From NCBI GenBank assembly GCA_964461555.1, contig CAYWZF010000005.1, positions 930 to 64,929 on the forward strand: 64,000 nt of DNA, written 5' to 3'. The DNA comes from an uncultured Robiginitalea sp. GTDB lineage: Bacteria > Bacteroidota > Bacteroidia > Flavobacteriales > Flavobacteriaceae. Below the pieces are notes generated by a model. It searched no databases and was not told the origin of the DNA. It saw only the letters and a list, made by a program, of their open reading frames with translations. How positions within the stretch are numbered: position 1 is the first letter of the stretch; every line of letters starts with the position of its first letter. Below, piece after piece: positions 50,931-62,504 of the stretch. A program made the position numbers and the translations under genes.

Positions 50931-51052
50931 GTCAGGAAAAAAGTTTGTTGAAATAGTGTGAAAGGGAGGTTCCGAAGCCGGTTTTAGCCGGGCAACCGGA
51001 AGGGAAATCCAAGTTTCGGGATCTCACAGTTTAATTTTAATCTTTAATACAT

Positions 51053-51670
51053 ATGTCTGGGTTAATCGGAAGAAAAGTCGGCATGACCAGCATCTTTGAC
51101 GAAAACGGGAAGAACATTCCCTGTACCGTTATCGAAGCAGGTCCCTGTGTCGTCACCCAAGTCAGAACCGAAGAGGTAGACGGGTACAACGCCCTTCAGC
51201 TCGGTTTCGATGACAAGGCAGAGAAGCGCGCCAACAAGGCCGAACAGGGCCATTTCAAAAAGGCGGGTACTGCTCCCAAGAAGAAAGTCGTCGAATTCCG
51301 TGATTTTGCAGGGGAACACAAACTGGGGGATACCATTGGGGTAGACCTCTTTACAGAGGGGGAGTTCGTCGATGTGATCGGAACTTCCAAAGGAAAAGGA
51401 CACCAGGGCGTGGTGAAGCGCCATGGCTTTGGCGGCGTGGGGCAGTCTACCCACGGGCAGCACAACCGTTTGCGGGCACCGGGTTCCATCGGCGCCTCCT
51501 CGTATCCGTCACGGGTGTTCAAGGGCCTGAGAATGTCGGGTCAGATGGGCAATGAGCGGGTAACCGTCCAGAACCTGCGGGTGCTTAAAGTGGTGCCGGA
51601 AAAGAACCTCCTGGTGCTCAAGGGAGCCGTTCCGGGTCACAAGAATGCTTACATAACCATTTTGAAGTGA
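51053..51670 (+). CDS. rplC: 50S ribosomal protein L3
   Basis: [27 protein letters not shown]. Confidence 0.99.
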   Translation: MSGLIGRKVGMTSIFDENGKNIPCTVIEAGPCVVTQVRTEEVDGYNALQLGFDDKAEKRANKAEQGHFKKAGTAPKKKVVEFRDFAGEHKLGDTIGVDLFTEGEFVDVIGTSKGKGHQGVVKRHGFGGVGQSTHGQHNRLRAPGSIGASSYPSRVFKGLRMSGQMGNERVTVQNLRVLKVVPEKNLLVLKGAVPGHKNAYITILK

Positions 51671-52299
51671 TGAAGGTAGCAGTATTAGATATCAAGGGTA
51701 AAGAAACCGGTCGGAAAGCCGAGCTCTCTGACGATGTTTTCAAGATAGAGCCGAACCAGCACGCCATCTACCTGGATGTGAAGCAATACCTGGCCCACCA
51801 GCGGCAGGGTACCCACAAATCCAAGGAGCGGGGTGAAGTGGCCGGCAGTACGCGCAAGATCAAGAAGCAGAAGGGGACCGGTACCGCCCGTGCCGGCAGC
51901 ATCAAGTCGCCTGTCTTCCGCGGCGGAGGTCGCATTTTCGGCCCGCGCCCCAAGGATTACACCCAGAAGCTGAACAAAAACGTGAAGCGCCTGGCCCGCA
52001 GGTCGGCCCTGAGCCTGAAGTCTCAGGCGAACGCCATTGTGGTGATCGAAGACTTTACGTTCGAGCAACCGAAGACCAGGGATTTCAAGGCAGTGCTGAA
52101 AGCCCTTGGGCTGGAGGACAAAAAGTCTCTGATAGTGTTGGGTGATTCAAATAATAACGTATATTTGTCGTCGCGCAATTTGCCGGGGTCTGAAGTTGTA
52201 ACTAACTCAGAATTAAGCACTTACAAGATAATGAATGCCAACAGCGTCGTGCTGATGGAGGGTGCTTTAGCCGGAATTGAAGAGAACTTAAACAAGTAA
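51670..52299 (+). CDS. rplD: 50S ribosomal protein L4
   Basis: [24 protein letters not shown]. Confidence 0.98.
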   Translation: MKVAVLDIKGKETGRKAELSDDVFKIEPNQHAIYLDVKQYLAHQRQGTHKSKERGEVAGSTRKIKKQKGTGTARAGSIKSPVFRGGGRIFGPRPKDYTQKLNKNVKRLARRSALSLKSQANAIVVIEDFTFEQPKTRDFKAVLKALGLEDKKSLIVLGDSNNNVYLSSRNLPGSEVVTNSELSTYKIMNANSVVLMEGALAGIEENLNK

Positions 52300-52305
52300 G
52301 AAATC

Positions 52306-52596
52306 ATGAGTGTGTTGATTAAGCCGATCATTACCGAGAAAATGACCTCCGATAGTGAGTTGTACAACCGCTATGGTTTCATCGTGGCCCCTGCTGCCAA
52401 TAAACTGCAGATCAAGGAAGCTGTTGAAGCTACCTACGGAGTGTCTGTAACCAGCGTGCGCACCATGAACTACGGCCCGTCCCGCAAGACCCGCTACACC
52501 AAGACCGGTGTACAGCAGGGCAAGAAGGGCGCTTTCAAAAAGGCCATCGTGGATGTGAAGGACGGCGATGTGATTGATTTTTACAGTAATATCTAA
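52306..52596 (+). CDS. rplW: 50S ribosomal protein L23
   Basis: [23 protein letters not shown]. Confidence 0.97.
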   Translation: MSVLIKPIITEKMTSDSELYNRYGFIVAPAANKLQIKEAVEATYGVSVTSVRTMNYGPSRKTRYTKTGVQQGKKGAFKKAIVDVKDGDVIDFYSNI

Positions 52597-52601
52597 GAGG
52601 C

Positions 52602-53426
52602 ATGTCAGTCAGAAAGTTAAAGCCTATTACTCCCGGACAGCGTTTTAAAGTAGTAAACGGATTCGACGCGGTTACTACTGATAAGCCGGAGAAGAGCCTG
52701 CTCACTCCGATAAAAAAGACGGGAGGAAGAAACAGTCGAGGAAAAATGACCATGCGCTACAAAGGCGGCGGTCATAAAAGACGGTATCGTATCATCGATT
52801 TCAAGCGCGACAAGCACAATGTGGCCGCTGAAGTGAAATCGATACAGTACGACCCGAACCGTTCTGCGTTCATCGCCCTGGTGGAGTACACCGATGGTGA
52901 CAAGCGCTACATGGTGGCCCCGAACGGGCTCCAGGTTGGCCAGCAGGTCTTCGCCGGAACCGGGTCTGCCCCGGAGATCGGCAATGCCCTGCCCCTTTCT
53001 GAGATCCCGCTGGGTACCATTATTTCCTGCATCGAGATGCGTCCCGGGCAGGGTGCCGTCATGGCGCGTAGCGCCGGTACGTTTGCCCAGCTGATGGCGC
53101 GCGACGGGAAGTATGCCACCATCAAGCTGCCTTCGGGCGAAACCCGGATGGTGCTGGTGAACTGCCTGGCTACCATCGGAGCTGTTTCGAACTCCGACCA
53201 CCAGCTCATCGTGTCTGGGAAGGCCGGCCGCAGCCGTTGGCTGGGCCGTCGCCCGCGCACCCGTCCTGTGGCCATGAACCCTGTCGATCACCCGATGGGT
53301 GGTGGGGAAGGACGTGCTTCCGGAGGACATCCGAGGTCGCGGAAAGGCATGCCTGCCAAAGGCTACCGCACCCGTTCGAAGACCAAGGACAGCAACCGTT
53401 ATATTGTAGAACGCAGAAAGAAATAA
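52602..53426 (+). CDS. rplB: 50S ribosomal protein L2
   Basis: [33 protein letters not shown]. Confidence 0.99.
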   Translation: MSVRKLKPITPGQRFKVVNGFDAVTTDKPEKSLLTPIKKTGGRNSRGKMTMRYKGGGHKRRYRIIDFKRDKHNVAAEVKSIQYDPNRSAFIALVEYTDGDKRYMVAPNGLQVGQQVFAGTGSAPEIGNALPLSEIPLGTIISCIEMRPGQGAVMARSAGTFAQLMARDGKYATIKLPSGETRMVLVNCLATIGAVSNSDHQLIVSGKAGRSRWLGRRPRTRPVAMNPVDHPMGGGEGRASGGHPRSRKGMPAKGYRTRSKTKDSNRYIVERRKK

Positions 53427-53440
53427 AACAGTAAGCAAGA

Positions 53441-53719
53441 ATGGCACGTTCCCTAAAAAAAGGACCTTACGTTCACTATAGTCTGGAGAAGAAAGTTCAG
53501 CAGAACCTTGATTCCGGAAAGAAGACCGTCATCAAGACCTGGTCGCGCGCCTCGATGATCACCCCCGATTTCGTGGGCCAGACCATCGCAGTGCACAATG
53601 GTCGCCAGTTTGTACCGGTTTACGTGACCGAGAACATGGTAGGCCACAAGCTGGGTGAATTTTCGCCCACCCGTTCTTTCCGGGGGCATGCCGGAGCTAA
53701 AAACAAAGGTAAAAAGTAA
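53441..53719 (+). CDS. rpsS: 30S ribosomal protein S19
   Basis: [17 protein letters not shown]. Confidence 0.99.
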   Translation: MARSLKKGPYVHYSLEKKVQQNLDSGKKTVIKTWSRASMITPDFVGQTIAVHNGRQFVPVYVTENMVGHKLGEFSPTRSFRGHAGAKNKGKK

Positions 53720-53724
53720 GCGCT

Positions 53725-54132
53725 ATGGGAGTTCGGAAAAAACAGATGGCTGAGAGGATCAAGGAGGAAAAGAAGCAACTGGCTTTCGCCAGGTTGAATG
53801 ACTGCCCCACCTCTCCCCGCAAAATGAGACTGGTTGCCGACCTGGTACGCGGACAGGAAGTCGAAAAGGCCCTGGCCATCCTCCGGTTCAGCACCAAGGA
53901 GGCCTCGCGCAGGCTCGAGAAACTCCTGCTTTCGGCTATCGCCAACTGGCAGGCCAAGAACGAGGACGCCGACATCGAAGACGCCGACCTGATTGTCCAG
54001 GAAATCCGTGTAGACGGCGGCCGATCCCTGAAACGGCTTAGGCCGGCACCCCAGGGGCGCGCCCACAGAATCAGAAAACGTTCCAACCACGTAACCCTGG
54101 TGTTGGGAGCAAAAAATAACGCAGCAAGCTAG
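53725..54132 (+). CDS. rplV: 50S ribosomal protein L22
   Basis: [28 protein letters not shown]. Confidence 0.98.
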   Translation: MGVRKKQMAERIKEEKKQLAFARLNDCPTSPRKMRLVADLVRGQEVEKALAILRFSTKEASRRLEKLLLSAIANWQAKNEDADIEDADLIVQEIRVDGGRSLKRLRPAPQGRAHRIRKRSNHVTLVLGAKNNAAS

Positions 54133-54140
54133 TAAAGAGT

Positions 54141-54860
54141 ATGGGACAAAAAACGAATCCAATAGGAAATCGTCTGGGGATCATCCGGGGCTGGGAGTCA
54201 AACTGGTACGGAGGGGACGATTACGGAGATAAGCTGGCGGAAGACGACAAGATCCGCAAGTACATCCACGCCCGTCTGGCCAAGGCCAGTGTTTCCCGGG
54301 TCATCATAGAGCGCACCCTGAAGCTCATCACCGTTACCATCACTACCGCCCGCCCGGGTATCATCATCGGGAAAGGCGGACAGGAGGTAGACAAGCTGAA
54401 GGAAGAGCTGAAGAAGATCACCGACAAGGAGGTGCAGATAAACATCTTCGAGATCAAGCGGCCCGAGCTCGACGCCAACCTGGTTGCTGCCAGCATCGCC
54501 CGTCAGATCGAAAGCCGGATTTCGTACCGCCGCGCCATTAAAATGGCCATCGCCGCTGCGATCCGGATGAATGCCGAAGGGATCAAGGTCATGATCTCAG
54601 GCCGTCTGAACGGGGCCGAGATGGCGCGTTCAGAGACCTACAAGGAAGGGCGCATTCCGCTGTCTACCTTCCGGGCCGATATCGATTACGCCCTGCACGA
54701 GGCGCATACCACTTACGGCCGCCTGGGCGTGAAGGTCTGGATCATGAAGGGTGAAGTATACGGCAAGCGCGAGCTTTCTCCCCTGATCGGCATGTCTAAG
54801 GGCACCAGCAATGGCAAACCAGGCAAGCCGGAAGGCAAAAAGCGTCGCAGCAGAAAGTAA
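54141..54860 (+). CDS. rpsC: 30S ribosomal protein S3
   Basis: [27 protein letters not shown]. Confidence 0.99.
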   Translation: MGQKTNPIGNRLGIIRGWESNWYGGDDYGDKLAEDDKIRKYIHARLAKASVSRVIIERTLKLITVTITTARPGIIIGKGGQEVDKLKEELKKITDKEVQINIFEIKRPELDANLVAASIARQIESRISYRRAIKMAIAAAIRMNAEGIKVMISGRLNGAEMARSETYKEGRIPLSTFRADIDYALHEAHTTYGRLGVKVWIMKGEVYGKRELSPLIGMSKGTSNGKPGKPEGKKRRSRK

Positions 54861-54880
54861 TTTAAAGAAGCGAAAGGAAC

Positions 54881-55303
54881 ATGTTACAGCCAAAAAGAAC
54901 CAAGTTTCGGAAAGCCCAGAAGGGCCGAATGAAAGGCATTTCTCAAAGAGGGCACCAGCTGTCTAACGGGATGTTCGGCATCAAGTCTATGGACTCTGCC
55001 TTCATCACCTCCCGCCAGATCGAGGCAGCCCGTATCGCTGCGACCCGTTACATGAAACGCCAGGGCCAGCTCTGGATCAAGATCTTCCCGGACAAGCCCA
55101 TTACCAAGAAGCCCCTCGAGGTGCGGATGGGTAAAGGGAAAGGGGCTCCCGAATACTGGGTGGCCATCGTGAAGCCGGGCCGGATCATGTTCGAAATAGC
55201 CGGGGTGCCGATGGATATCGCCGAGGAGGCCCTGAGACTGGCAGCCCAGAAACTGCCCGTGAAGACAAAATTTGTAGTGGCCCGGGATTACAATCCCTCA
55301 TAA
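54881..55303 (+). CDS. rplP: 50S ribosomal protein L16
   Basis: [24 protein letters not shown]. Confidence 0.99.
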   Translation: MLQPKRTKFRKAQKGRMKGISQRGHQLSNGMFGIKSMDSAFITSRQIEAARIAATRYMKRQGQLWIKIFPDKPITKKPLEVRMGKGKGAPEYWVAIVKPGRIMFEIAGVPMDIAEEALRLAAQKLPVKTKFVVARDYNPS

Positions 55304-55315
55304 TAACACACGATC

Positions 55316-55507
55316 ATGAAACAATCGGAGATAAAGGAATTGTCTGTCGAAGAGCTGAAAGAGAAGCTGGCCGGACTGAAGAAACAGTACGACGATCTCA
55401 AGATGGCCCATGCGGTGACCCCTCTGGAAAACCCGCTTCAGCTGAGAAAGGCTCGGAAGACTGTGGCCAGGCTGGCGACCGAATTAACAAAAAGGGAAAA
55501 CCAATAA
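55316..55507 (+). CDS. rpmC: 50S ribosomal protein L29
   Basis: [16 protein letters not shown]; position in operon. Confidence 0.96.
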   Translation: MKQSEIKELSVEELKEKLAGLKKQYDDLKMAHAVTPLENPLQLRKARKTVARLATELTKRENQ

Positions 55508-55520
55508 TTGGTGTTGCTTT

Positions 55521-55778
55521 ATGGAAAATAGAAATTTAAGAAAAGAGCGTATTGGCGTTGTGACCAGCAACAAGATGGAGAAATCCATCGTGGTTTCCGA
55601 GGTCAAGCGGGTAAAGCACCCCATGTACGGAAAGTTCGTACTGCGGACCAAGAAATATGTTGCGCACGACGAAAAGAACGATTGCAACATCGGCGATACA
55701 GTACGTATCATGGAGACCCGGCCCTTGAGCAAGACCAAGTGTTGGAGATTGGTAGAAATCCTTGAAAGAGCCAAATAA
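55521..55778 (+). CDS. rpsQ: 30S ribosomal protein S17
   Basis: [23 protein letters not shown]. Confidence 0.98.
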   Translation: MENRNLRKERIGVVTSNKMEKSIVVSEVKRVKHPMYGKFVLRTKKYVAHDEKNDCNIGDTVRIMETRPLSKTKCWRLVEILERAK

Positions 55779-55780
55779 TT

Positions 55781-56149
55781 ATGGTACAGCAAGAATCCAG
55801 ACTCAAAGTAGCGGACAATACCGGAGCCAAGGAGGTTCTGACCATCCGCGTGCTCGGGGGCACCAAAAGAAGGTATGCTTCCCTGGGAGATAAGATCGTG
55901 GTGAGTGTGAAAGAAGCCACTCCGAACGGGACCATCAAGAAAGGGGCCGTATCCACCGCTGTGGTGGTTCGCACCACAAAGGAGGTACGCCGCCCTGACG
56001 GATCCTACATCCGCTTTGACGACAATGCCTGCGTGCTGCTCAACCCGGCCGGCGAAATGCGCGGTACCCGCGTGTTCGGCCCGGTGGCCCGGGAACTGCG
56101 TGAAAAGCAATTCATGAAAATCGTTTCCTTGGCCCCCGAGGTACTTTAA
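55781..56149 (+). CDS. rplN: 50S ribosomal protein L14
   Basis: [22 protein letters not shown]. Confidence 0.99.
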   Translation: MVQQESRLKVADNTGAKEVLTIRVLGGTKRRYASLGDKIVVSVKEATPNGTIKKGAVSTAVVVRTTKEVRRPDGSYIRFDDNACVLLNPAGEMRGTRVFGPVARELREKQFMKIVSLAPEVL

Positions 56150-56162
56150 ACCATAGAGAAAG

Positions 56163-56474
56163 ATGAAATTCAGGATTAAACAAGGAGACCAGGTTCGGGT
56201 AATCACCGGAGACCACAAGGGAAGCGAGGGCAAGGTCGTACGCGTGCTGCGCGACAAGAACAAGGCCATCGTGGAAGGGGTCAACACCGTTTCAAAACAC
56301 GAGAAGCCCAGCGCCCGGAACCCTCAGGGCGGGATCGTGGAGAAGGAAGCTCCCATCCACCTTTCCAACCTGGCGCTGATCGACCCGAAATCGGGCGATG
56401 CCACCCGGGTAGGTTACGAGATCCGCGACGGCAAGAAAGTGCGGGTTGCAAAAAAATCGAATGAAGTAATTTAG
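56163..56474 (+). CDS. rplX: 50S ribosomal protein L24
   Basis: [25 protein letters not shown]. Confidence 0.98.
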   Translation: MKFRIKQGDQVRVITGDHKGSEGKVVRVLRDKNKAIVEGVNTVSKHEKPSARNPQGGIVEKEAPIHLSNLALIDPKSGDATRVGYEIRDGKKVRVAKKSNEVI

Positions 56475-56476
56475 TT

Positions 56477-57028
56477 ATGGCCTACGTACCAAGATTAAAG
56501 CAAGAGTACAAAGAGCGCGTGATCAAGGCGCTTACCGATGAATTCGGGTACAAGAACATCATGGAGGTTCCCAAGCTGAAGAAGATCGTGATCAGCCGTG
56601 GGGTAGGAGCCGCCGTGGCCGACAAGAAGCTGATCGACCATGCGGTTGACGAGCTCACCATGATCTCCGGCCAGAAGGCTGTGGCCACCATCTCCAAAAA
56701 GGACGTGGCCAACTTCAAACTGCGCCGGGGCATGCCCATCGGCGCCAAGGTAACCCTGCGCGGCGAGCGGATGTATGAATTCCTCGACCGGCTGGTGACC
56801 ACCGCCCTTCCCCGGGTGCGCGACTTCCATGGCATCAGGGCCACCGGGTTTGACGGACGCGGGAACTACAACCTGGGTATCACCGAGCAGATCATCTTCC
56901 CGGAGATCAACATCGACCGGATCAACCGGATCAACGGGATGGATATCACCTTTGTGACTTCGGCCGAGACCGACAAGGAAGCGAAATCACTGTTAAGCGA
57001 ATTGGGATTACCCTTTAAAAAGAATTAG
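56477..57028 (+). CDS. rplE: 50S ribosomal protein L5
   Basis: SGQKA, KVTLRG, LPRVRDF, FDGRGNY. Confidence 0.99.
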   Translation: MAYVPRLKQEYKERVIKALTDEFGYKNIMEVPKLKKIVISRGVGAAVADKKLIDHAVDELTMISGQKAVATISKKDVANFKLRRGMPIGAKVTLRGERMYEFLDRLVTTALPRVRDFHGIRATGFDGRGNYNLGITEQIIFPEINIDRINRINGMDITFVTSAETDKEAKSLLSELGLPFKKN

Positions 57029-57029
57029 T

Positions 57030-57299
57030 ATGGCTAAAGAATCAATGAAGGCCCGCGAGCGTAAAAGGGCCAAACTGGTAGCGAAATACGCCGAGAAGCG
57101 CAAGGCCCTGAAAGAGGCCGGCGACTACGAAGCGCTGCAGAAGTTGCCCCGCAACGCCTCACCGGTTCGCAAGCACAACCGCTGCAAGCTCACCGGCCGG
57201 CCCAAGGGCTACATGCGGACCTTCGGGATTTCGCGCGTGTTGTTCCGCGAAATGGCCAACCAGGGTCTGATCCCCGGCGTGAAGAAAGCGAGTTGGTAA
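57030..57299 (+). CDS. rpsN: 30S ribosomal protein S14 (89 aa, zinc-ribbon-less type)
   Basis: [21 protein letters not shown]. Confidence 0.98.
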   Translation: MAKESMKARERKRAKLVAKYAEKRKALKEAGDYEALQKLPRNASPVRKHNRCKLTGRPKGYMRTFGISRVLFREMANQGLIPGVKKASW

Positions 57300-57321
57300 C
57301 CCCCTAATACAGGAAAAGAAG

Positions 57322-57723
57322 ATGTTTACAGATCCTATTGCAGACTATTTGACCCGAATCCGCAACGCCAGCAGTGCCGGGCACCGGGTTGTTGAGATTC
57401 CTGCTTCCAAGGTGAAAAAGGAGATTACCAAGATCCTTTTCGACCAGGGGTACATATTGAGCTACAAGTTCGAAGACGAAGGGCAGGCCCAGGGGAATAT
57501 CAAGATTGCCCTGAAATACGACAAGATGACCAAAGAGCCGGTAATCCGCAAGATCGAGCGGATTTCACGCCCCGGTCTTCGCAAATACACAGGAGCAGAC
57601 GAGCTGCCCCGGGTGCTGAACGGCCTGGGCATCGCCATCGTCTCCACCTCGCACGGGGTGATGACGAGCAAGCAGGCCCGTCAGGAAAACGTAGGCGGCG
57701 AAGTGCTGTGCTACGTGTATTAA
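57322..57723 (+). CDS. rpsH: 30S ribosomal protein S8
   Basis: [33 protein letters not shown]. Confidence 0.99.
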   Translation: MFTDPIADYLTRIRNASSAGHRVVEIPASKVKKEITKILFDQGYILSYKFEDEGQAQGNIKIALKYDKMTKEPVIRKIERISRPGLRKYTGADELPRVLNGLGIAIVSTSHGVMTSKQARQENVGGEVLCYVY

Positions 57724-57746
57724 AAGAATGATAAAACAGCAGAAGC

Positions 57747-58289
57747 ATGTCTAGAATTGGTAAGAATCCGATTTCAATCCCCGCGGGTGCCAGTGTGGAA
57801 GTAGCCGACGGAGTGGTAACCGTACAGGGGAAACTGGGGACGCTCACCCAGGAGTTCTCCGATGTCGAGATCGAGGTGGCCGACGGCCAGGTTCAGGTGA
57901 ACCGGCCTTCAGACTCTAAGGAGCACAAGGCCAAGCACGGGCTCTACCGCGCCCTGATCGCCAACATGATCAAGGGGGTTACGGAAGGATGGACCAAGGA
58001 ATTGGAACTGGTTGGGGTCGGATACCGCGCCAGCAACCAGGGCCAGAAACTCGACCTCGCCCTGGGATATTCCCACAATATCGTTTTGGACCTGGCTCCC
58101 GAGGTAAAGTTGGAAACCACTTCGGAAAAGGGCAAGAACCCGACCATCAAGCTCACGTCTCACGACAAGCAGCTGGTCGGACAGATAGCCGCCAAGATTC
58201 GTTCCTTCCGCAAGCCGGAGCCTTACAAGGGCAAGGGAATCAAGTTCAAAGGCGAGCTGTTGAGAAGAAAAGCAGGTAAATCAGCGTAA
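57747..58289 (+). CDS. rplF: 50S ribosomal protein L6
   Basis: [21 protein letters not shown]. Confidence 0.99.
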   Translation: MSRIGKNPISIPAGASVEVADGVVTVQGKLGTLTQEFSDVEIEVADGQVQVNRPSDSKEHKAKHGLYRALIANMIKGVTEGWTKELELVGVGYRASNQGQKLDLALGYSHNIVLDLAPEVKLETTSEKGKNPTIKLTSHDKQLVGQIAAKIRSFRKPEPYKGKGIKFKGELLRRKAGKSA

Positions 58290-58300
58290 TCTATAGCATT

Positions 58301-58657
58301 ATGGCACTAACGAAGTCTGAGAGAAGAAATCGAATCAGAAGACGCATCCGCAAGGTATCCTTCGGGACCCCTGAGCGCCCGCGCCTGTCTGTCTTCCGCA
58401 GCAATAAAGAGATCTATGCCCAGGTGATCGACGACGTGAGCGGTAAGACCCTGGTGTCTGCCTCTTCACGCGACAAGGAACTGAGCGCGGTGAAGGGCAC
58501 CAAATCCGAGATCGCCGCGGCGGTCGGGAAGGCCCTTGCCGAAAAGGCGGTTCAGTCAGGGATCGAGGCCGTGGCTTTCGACCGGGGCGGATACCTGTAT
58601 CACGGGAGGATTAAGTCACTGGCCGACGGCGCCAGGGAAGGCGGATTAAAATTTTAA
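58301..58657 (+). CDS. rplR: 50S ribosomal protein L18
   Basis: [23 protein letters not shown]. Confidence 0.98.
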   Translation: MALTKSERRNRIRRRIRKVSFGTPERPRLSVFRSNKEIYAQVIDDVSGKTLVSASSRDKELSAVKGTKSEIAAAVGKALAEKAVQSGIEAVAFDRGGYLYHGRIKSLADGAREGGLKF

Positions 58658-58665
58658 ACTGAGTT

Positions 58666-59190
58666 ATGTACGGGAAATATAAGAATGTGGAAACTGTAAA
58701 GCCGGGCGGGCTGGAACTGAAAGACCGCCTGGTGGGAGTTCAACGGGTTACCAAGGTAACCAAAGGGGGGCGCGCCTTCGGCTTCTCTGCCATCGTGGTG
58801 GTGGGAGATGAGAACGGGGTGGTGGGCCACGGCCTGGGTAAATCCAAGGAAGTTGCCACGGCCATTGCCAAAGCCATCGAGGACGCCAAGAAAAACCTCA
58901 TCCGCATCCCCCTGAACAAGGGTACCCTTCCACATGAGCAGAAAGGGAAATACGGCGGCGCCCGGGTATACATCCAGCCGGCATCGCACGGTACCGGGGT
59001 AATTGCCGGTGGGGCCGTTCGCGCTGTGCTTGAGGCCGTCGGAATTCACGACGTGCTCTCCAAGTCACAGGGGTCTTCCAACCCGCACAACGTGGTGAAG
59101 GCTACCTTCGACGCCCTGCTGCAGCTGCGCGACGCGAATACCGTGGCCCAGCAGCGAGGCATCTCCCTGGAAAAAGTTTTCAACGGATAA
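58666..59190 (+). CDS. rpsE: 30S ribosomal protein S5
   Basis: [30 protein letters not shown]. Confidence 0.99.
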   Translation: MYGKYKNVETVKPGGLELKDRLVGVQRVTKVTKGGRAFGFSAIVVVGDENGVVGHGLGKSKEVATAIAKAIEDAKKNLIRIPLNKGTLPHEQKGKYGGARVYIQPASHGTGVIAGGAVRAVLEAVGIHDVLSKSQGSSNPHNVVKATFDALLQLRDANTVAQQRGISLEKVFNG

Positions 59191-59202
59191 GGAAGCAGAA
59201 CG

Positions 59203-59382
59203 ATGGCAAAGATCAAGATACAGCAAGTGCGAAGCAGCATCAAGCGCCCCCAGAACCAGAAGCGTACTCTGGAGGCCCTCGGCCTGCGCGGGATCGGACA
59301 GGTGGTGGAACACGAATCCACCCCCAGCATCCTGGGAATGATTGACAAAGTAAAACACCTGGTTTCGACCCAGGAAGCCTAA
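59203..59382 (+). CDS. rpmD: 50S ribosomal protein L30
   Basis: Manual translation MAKIKIQQVRSSIKRPQNQKRTLEALGLR..GMIDKVKHLV (59 aa, below the ORF track cutoff). Confidence 0.96.
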   Translation: MAKIKIQQVRSSIKRPQNQKRTLEALGLRGIGQVVEHESTPSILGMIDKVKHLVSTQEA

Positions 59383-59394
59383 AACAGAGGGAGT

Positions 59395-59847
59395 ATGGAT
59401 TTAGGGAATTTAAAACCTGCGAAAGGTTCCGTACATAAAGCCGGCAAGACCGTAGGACGCGGACAGGGATCCGGAAAAGGCGGAACGGCCACCAAGGGAC
59501 ACAAAGGGGCCAAGGCCCGCTCCGGATATGCCAAGAAGATCGGCTTTGAAGGAGGCCAGATGCCCCTGCAGCGCCGTGTGCCCAAGTTCGGGTTCAAGAA
59601 CATCAACCGCGTGGAGTACCGGGGCATCAACCTCGATACCCTCCAGCAACTGGTCGAGAACGGGGCCTTCCAGAAAGAGGTAACCGTCGACAACCTGGTG
59701 GAGCTGCGCCTGGCGCACAAAAACGACCTGGTAAAAATTATGGGAAGGGGCGAACTGAAGGCCCCGCTGAAAATCACAGCTCATAAATTTACGGCCAGTG
59801 CCAAAGCCGCTATCGAGGCTGCTGGTGGTGAGGCCATAAGTTTATAA
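59395..59847 (+). CDS. rplO: 50S ribosomal protein L15
   Basis: GRGQGSG, GFEGGQMPLQRRVPKFGF. Confidence 0.99.
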   Translation: MDLGNLKPAKGSVHKAGKTVGRGQGSGKGGTATKGHKGAKARSGYAKKIGFEGGQMPLQRRVPKFGFKNINRVEYRGINLDTLQQLVENGAFQKEVTVDNLVELRLAHKNDLVKIMGRGELKAPLKITAHKFTASAKAAIEAAGGEAISL

Positions 59848-59858
59848 GCAGACCGGAT

Positions 59859-61199
59859 ATGAAGAAGTTTATCGAGATCATATCGAATATCTGGAAGATC
59901 GAGGAGCTCAGGACCCGTATCCTGCTGACCCTCGGCCTGCTGTTGGTATACCGGTTCGGCGCCCAGGTGGTGCTGCCCGGCATCGATACCTCCCAGCTGG
60001 CTGAGCTGGTCAACCGGACCGACACGGGTATTTTGGGGATCCTGAACGCTTTTACCGGGGGGGCATTCGCCAACGCCTCGGTTTTCGCGCTGGGGATCAT
60101 GCCCTACATCTCAGCTTCCATCGTGGTCCAGTTGATGGGCATTGCCATACCCTATCTGCAAAAGCTCGACAAAGAAGGCGAGAGCGGCCGGAAGACCAAG
60201 AACCAGATCACCCGCTGGCTGACCATCGGGATCTGTATCATCCAGGCTCCGACCTACCTCTACAGCCTCGGGGCCCTGGGGGTTCCCGACAGCGCCTTTC
60301 TTCTGGGCAAGGGGCTCAACTTTATCGTGCCTTCGGTAGTAATCCTGGTAACGGGCTGCGTCTTTGCCATGTGGCTGGGCGAGAAGATTACCGACAAAGG
60401 GATCGGCAACGGGATTTCGCTCCTCATCATGATCGGGATTCTGGCCAATCTGCCCCAATCCTTTGTTCAGGAAGCCGTATCGCGCCTGAACGGGAACGGC
60501 GGCCCCATGCTCATTCTGGTGGAATTGATCCTCTGGTTTGTGGTGATCCTGGCCAGCGTGCTGCTGGTGATGGCCACCCGCCGCATCCCTGTGCAATACG
60601 CCCGGAGAACGGCTTCAGGAGGCTATGAGAAAAACGTAATGGGCTCCCGTCAGTACATCCCCCTGAAGCTCAATGCTTCCGGGGTAATGCCCATCATCTT
60701 CGCCCAGGCCATCATGTTTGCGCCGGGCCTGATTGGCAGCTATTTCAACAGCTCAGCCGTCGGGCAGTGGATGGAGGTGCAGTTCCAGGATATTTTCGGC
60801 CTGGCCTACAACATCCTCTTTGCCCTGCTGATCATCATCTTTACGTATTTCTATACGGCGATCACGGTGCCTACCAACAAAATGGCCGATGACCTGAAAC
60901 GGAGCGGAGGGTTCATTCCCGGGATACGCCCCGGCAAAGACACGGCCGATTTCCTGGACCGGATCATGTCGCTGATCACCCTGCCCGGATCTTTGTTCCT
61001 GGCGGTGCTGGCCGTTTTCCCGGCCGTGGTGATCAAGCTGCTCGATATGCAGTCTAACTGGGCCCTGTTCTACGGGGGCACCTCCCTGCTCATCATGGTA
61101 GGGGTTGCCATCGATACGGTGCAGCAGGTGAATTCATACCTGCTCAACCGCCACTATGACGGGCTGATGAAAACGGGTAAAAACAGAAAAGTAGCTTAA
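59859..61199 (+). CDS. secY: Preprotein translocase subunit SecY
   Basis: [35 protein letters not shown]. Confidence 0.99.
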   Translation: MKKFIEIISNIWKIEELRTRILLTLGLLLVYRFGAQVVLPGIDTSQLAELVNRTDTGILGILNAFTGGAFANASVFALGIMPYISASIVVQLMGIAIPYLQKLDKEGESGRKTKNQITRWLTIGICIIQAPTYLYSLGALGVPDSAFLLGKGLNFIVPSVVILVTGCVFAMWLGEKITDKGIGNGISLLIMIGILANLPQSFVQEAVSRLNGNGGPMLILVELILWFVVILASVLLVMATRRIPVQYARRTASGGYEKNVMGSRQYIPLKLNASGVMPIIFAQAIMFAPGLIGSYFNSSAVGQWMEVQFQDIFGLAYNILFALLIIIFTYFYTAITVPTNKMADDLKRSGGFIPGIRPGKDTADFLDRIMSLITLPGSLFLAVLAVFPAVVIKLLDMQSNWALFYGGTSLLIMVGVAIDTVQQVNSYLLNRHYDGLMKTGKNRKVA

Positions 61200-61200
61200 T

Positions 61201-61416
61201 ATGGCCAAGCAAGCTGCGATCACCCAGGACGGGACCATCATCGAAGCCCTCTCCAACGCGATGTTTCGCGTGGAATTGGAGAACGGCCATGTGGTAACGG
61301 CCCATATCTCCGGAAAAATGCGCATGCACTATATCAAGTTGCTGCCCGGAGACAAGGTTAAGCTTGAGATGAGCCCGTACGACCTGAGCAAGGCGAGAAT
61401 CACATACAGATACTAA
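61201..61416 (+). CDS. infA: Translation initiation factor IF-1
   Basis: [20 protein letters not shown]. Confidence 0.99.
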   Translation: MAKQAAITQDGTIIEALSNAMFRVELENGHVVTAHISGKMRMHYIKLLPGDKVKLEMSPYDLSKARITYRY

Positions 61417-61431
61417 GAGAAAACGCACGAG

Positions 61432-61548
61432 ATGAAAGTAAGAGCATCCATAAAGAAACGCAGCGCCGAATGCAAGATCGTTAGACGCAAAGGCCGCCTG
61501 TACGTAATCAACAAAAAGAATCCTAGATTTAAACAAAGACAAGGGTAA
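61432..61548 (+). CDS. rpmJ: 50S ribosomal protein L36 (zinc-ribbon-degenerate type)
   Basis: Manual translation [38 protein letters not shown]. Confidence 0.96.
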   Translation: MKVRASIKKRSAECKIVRRKGRLYVINKKNPRFKQRQG

Positions 61549-61550
61549 TT

Positions 61551-61925
61551 ATGGCTAGAATCGCAGGGGTAGATATCCCCAACCAGAAGAGAGGTGTCAT
61601 TGCCCTTACCTATATTTTCGGTATCGGTAAGAGCAGGGCTCAGGAGATCCTCGACAAAGCCCAGGTAAACGCAGATACCAAGGTTTCGCAGTGGACCGAC
61701 GACGAGATCGGCCGTATCCGTGAAGCCGTGTCTTCGTATACCATCGAAGGGGAGCTTCGTTCCGAGACCCAGCTGAATATCAAGCGCCTGATGGACATCG
61801 GATGCTACCGGGGAATCCGCCACCGGGCCGGCCTGCCGCTCCGTGGGCAGCGGACCAAGAACAACTCCCGTACCCGGAAAGGAAAACGTAAAACCGTAGC
61901 CAACAAGAAGAAGGCGACCAAGTAA
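61551..61925 (+). CDS. rpsM: 30S ribosomal protein S13
   Basis: [21 protein letters not shown]. Confidence 0.99.
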   Translation: MARIAGVDIPNQKRGVIALTYIFGIGKSRAQEILDKAQVNADTKVSQWTDDEIGRIREAVSSYTIEGELRSETQLNIKRLMDIGCYRGIRHRAGLPLRGQRTKNNSRTRKGKRKTVANKKKATK

Positions 61926-61998
61926 TAATTCGTAAGGAAGGGGCGCAGCATGCCGAAAGGCCCGAAGCGCACCCCCTTCGACTTCCAGAAATCAGAAT

Positions 61999-62409
61999 AT
62001 GGCAAAGACAGGTTCAAAAGGGTCTAAAGCGACCAAAACGGTCAAAAAGCGGAAGGTGGCCATCGAGTCTACCGGGGAAGCCCATATCAGCGCTTCCTTC
62101 AACAACATCATCATTTCCCTGACCAACAAGAAGGGGGATGTGATCTCCTGGGCTTCGGCCGGGAAGATGGGGTTCCGCGGTTCCAAGAAAAACACCCCCT
62201 ACGCCGCCCAGGTTGCGGCTGAGGAATGCGCCAAGACGGCCCACGAGGCCGGCCTGCGCAAGGTAAAGGTGTATGTGAAGGGGCCCGGAAACGGACGCGA
62301 ATCCGCTATCCGCTCCATCCACAACTCAGGTATCGAGGTTACCGAGATCATCGATGTGACCCCGCTGCCGCACAACGGCTGCCGTCCTCCCAAGAGGCGC
62401 AGAGTTTAA
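61999..62409 (+). CDS. rpsK: 30S ribosomal protein S11
   Basis: [24 protein letters not shown]. Confidence 0.99.
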   Translation: MAKTGSKGSKATKTVKKRKVAIESTGEAHISASFNNIIISLTNKKGDVISWASAGKMGFRGSKKNTPYAAQVAAEECAKTAHEAGLRKVKVYVKGPGNGRESAIRSIHNSGIEVTEIIDVTPLPHNGCRPPKRRRV

Positions 62410-62436
62410 CCCTACACGCGAATTTTATTTTTCACC

Positions 62437-62490
62437 GAAGGTGCAGTTACGGTTATCGAAGGATATGCCTTAATTCATAACCTCACCTTC
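62437..62490 (+). promoter_or_regulatory. Structured RNA leader upstream of rpsD (S4 ribosomal-leader candidate)
   Basis: Nested stems GAAGGTG/CACCTTC and GGTTAT/ATAACC, ending 14 nt before the rpsD ATG. Confidence 0.6.
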
Positions 62491-62504
62491 ACAACACACT
62501 GAAA

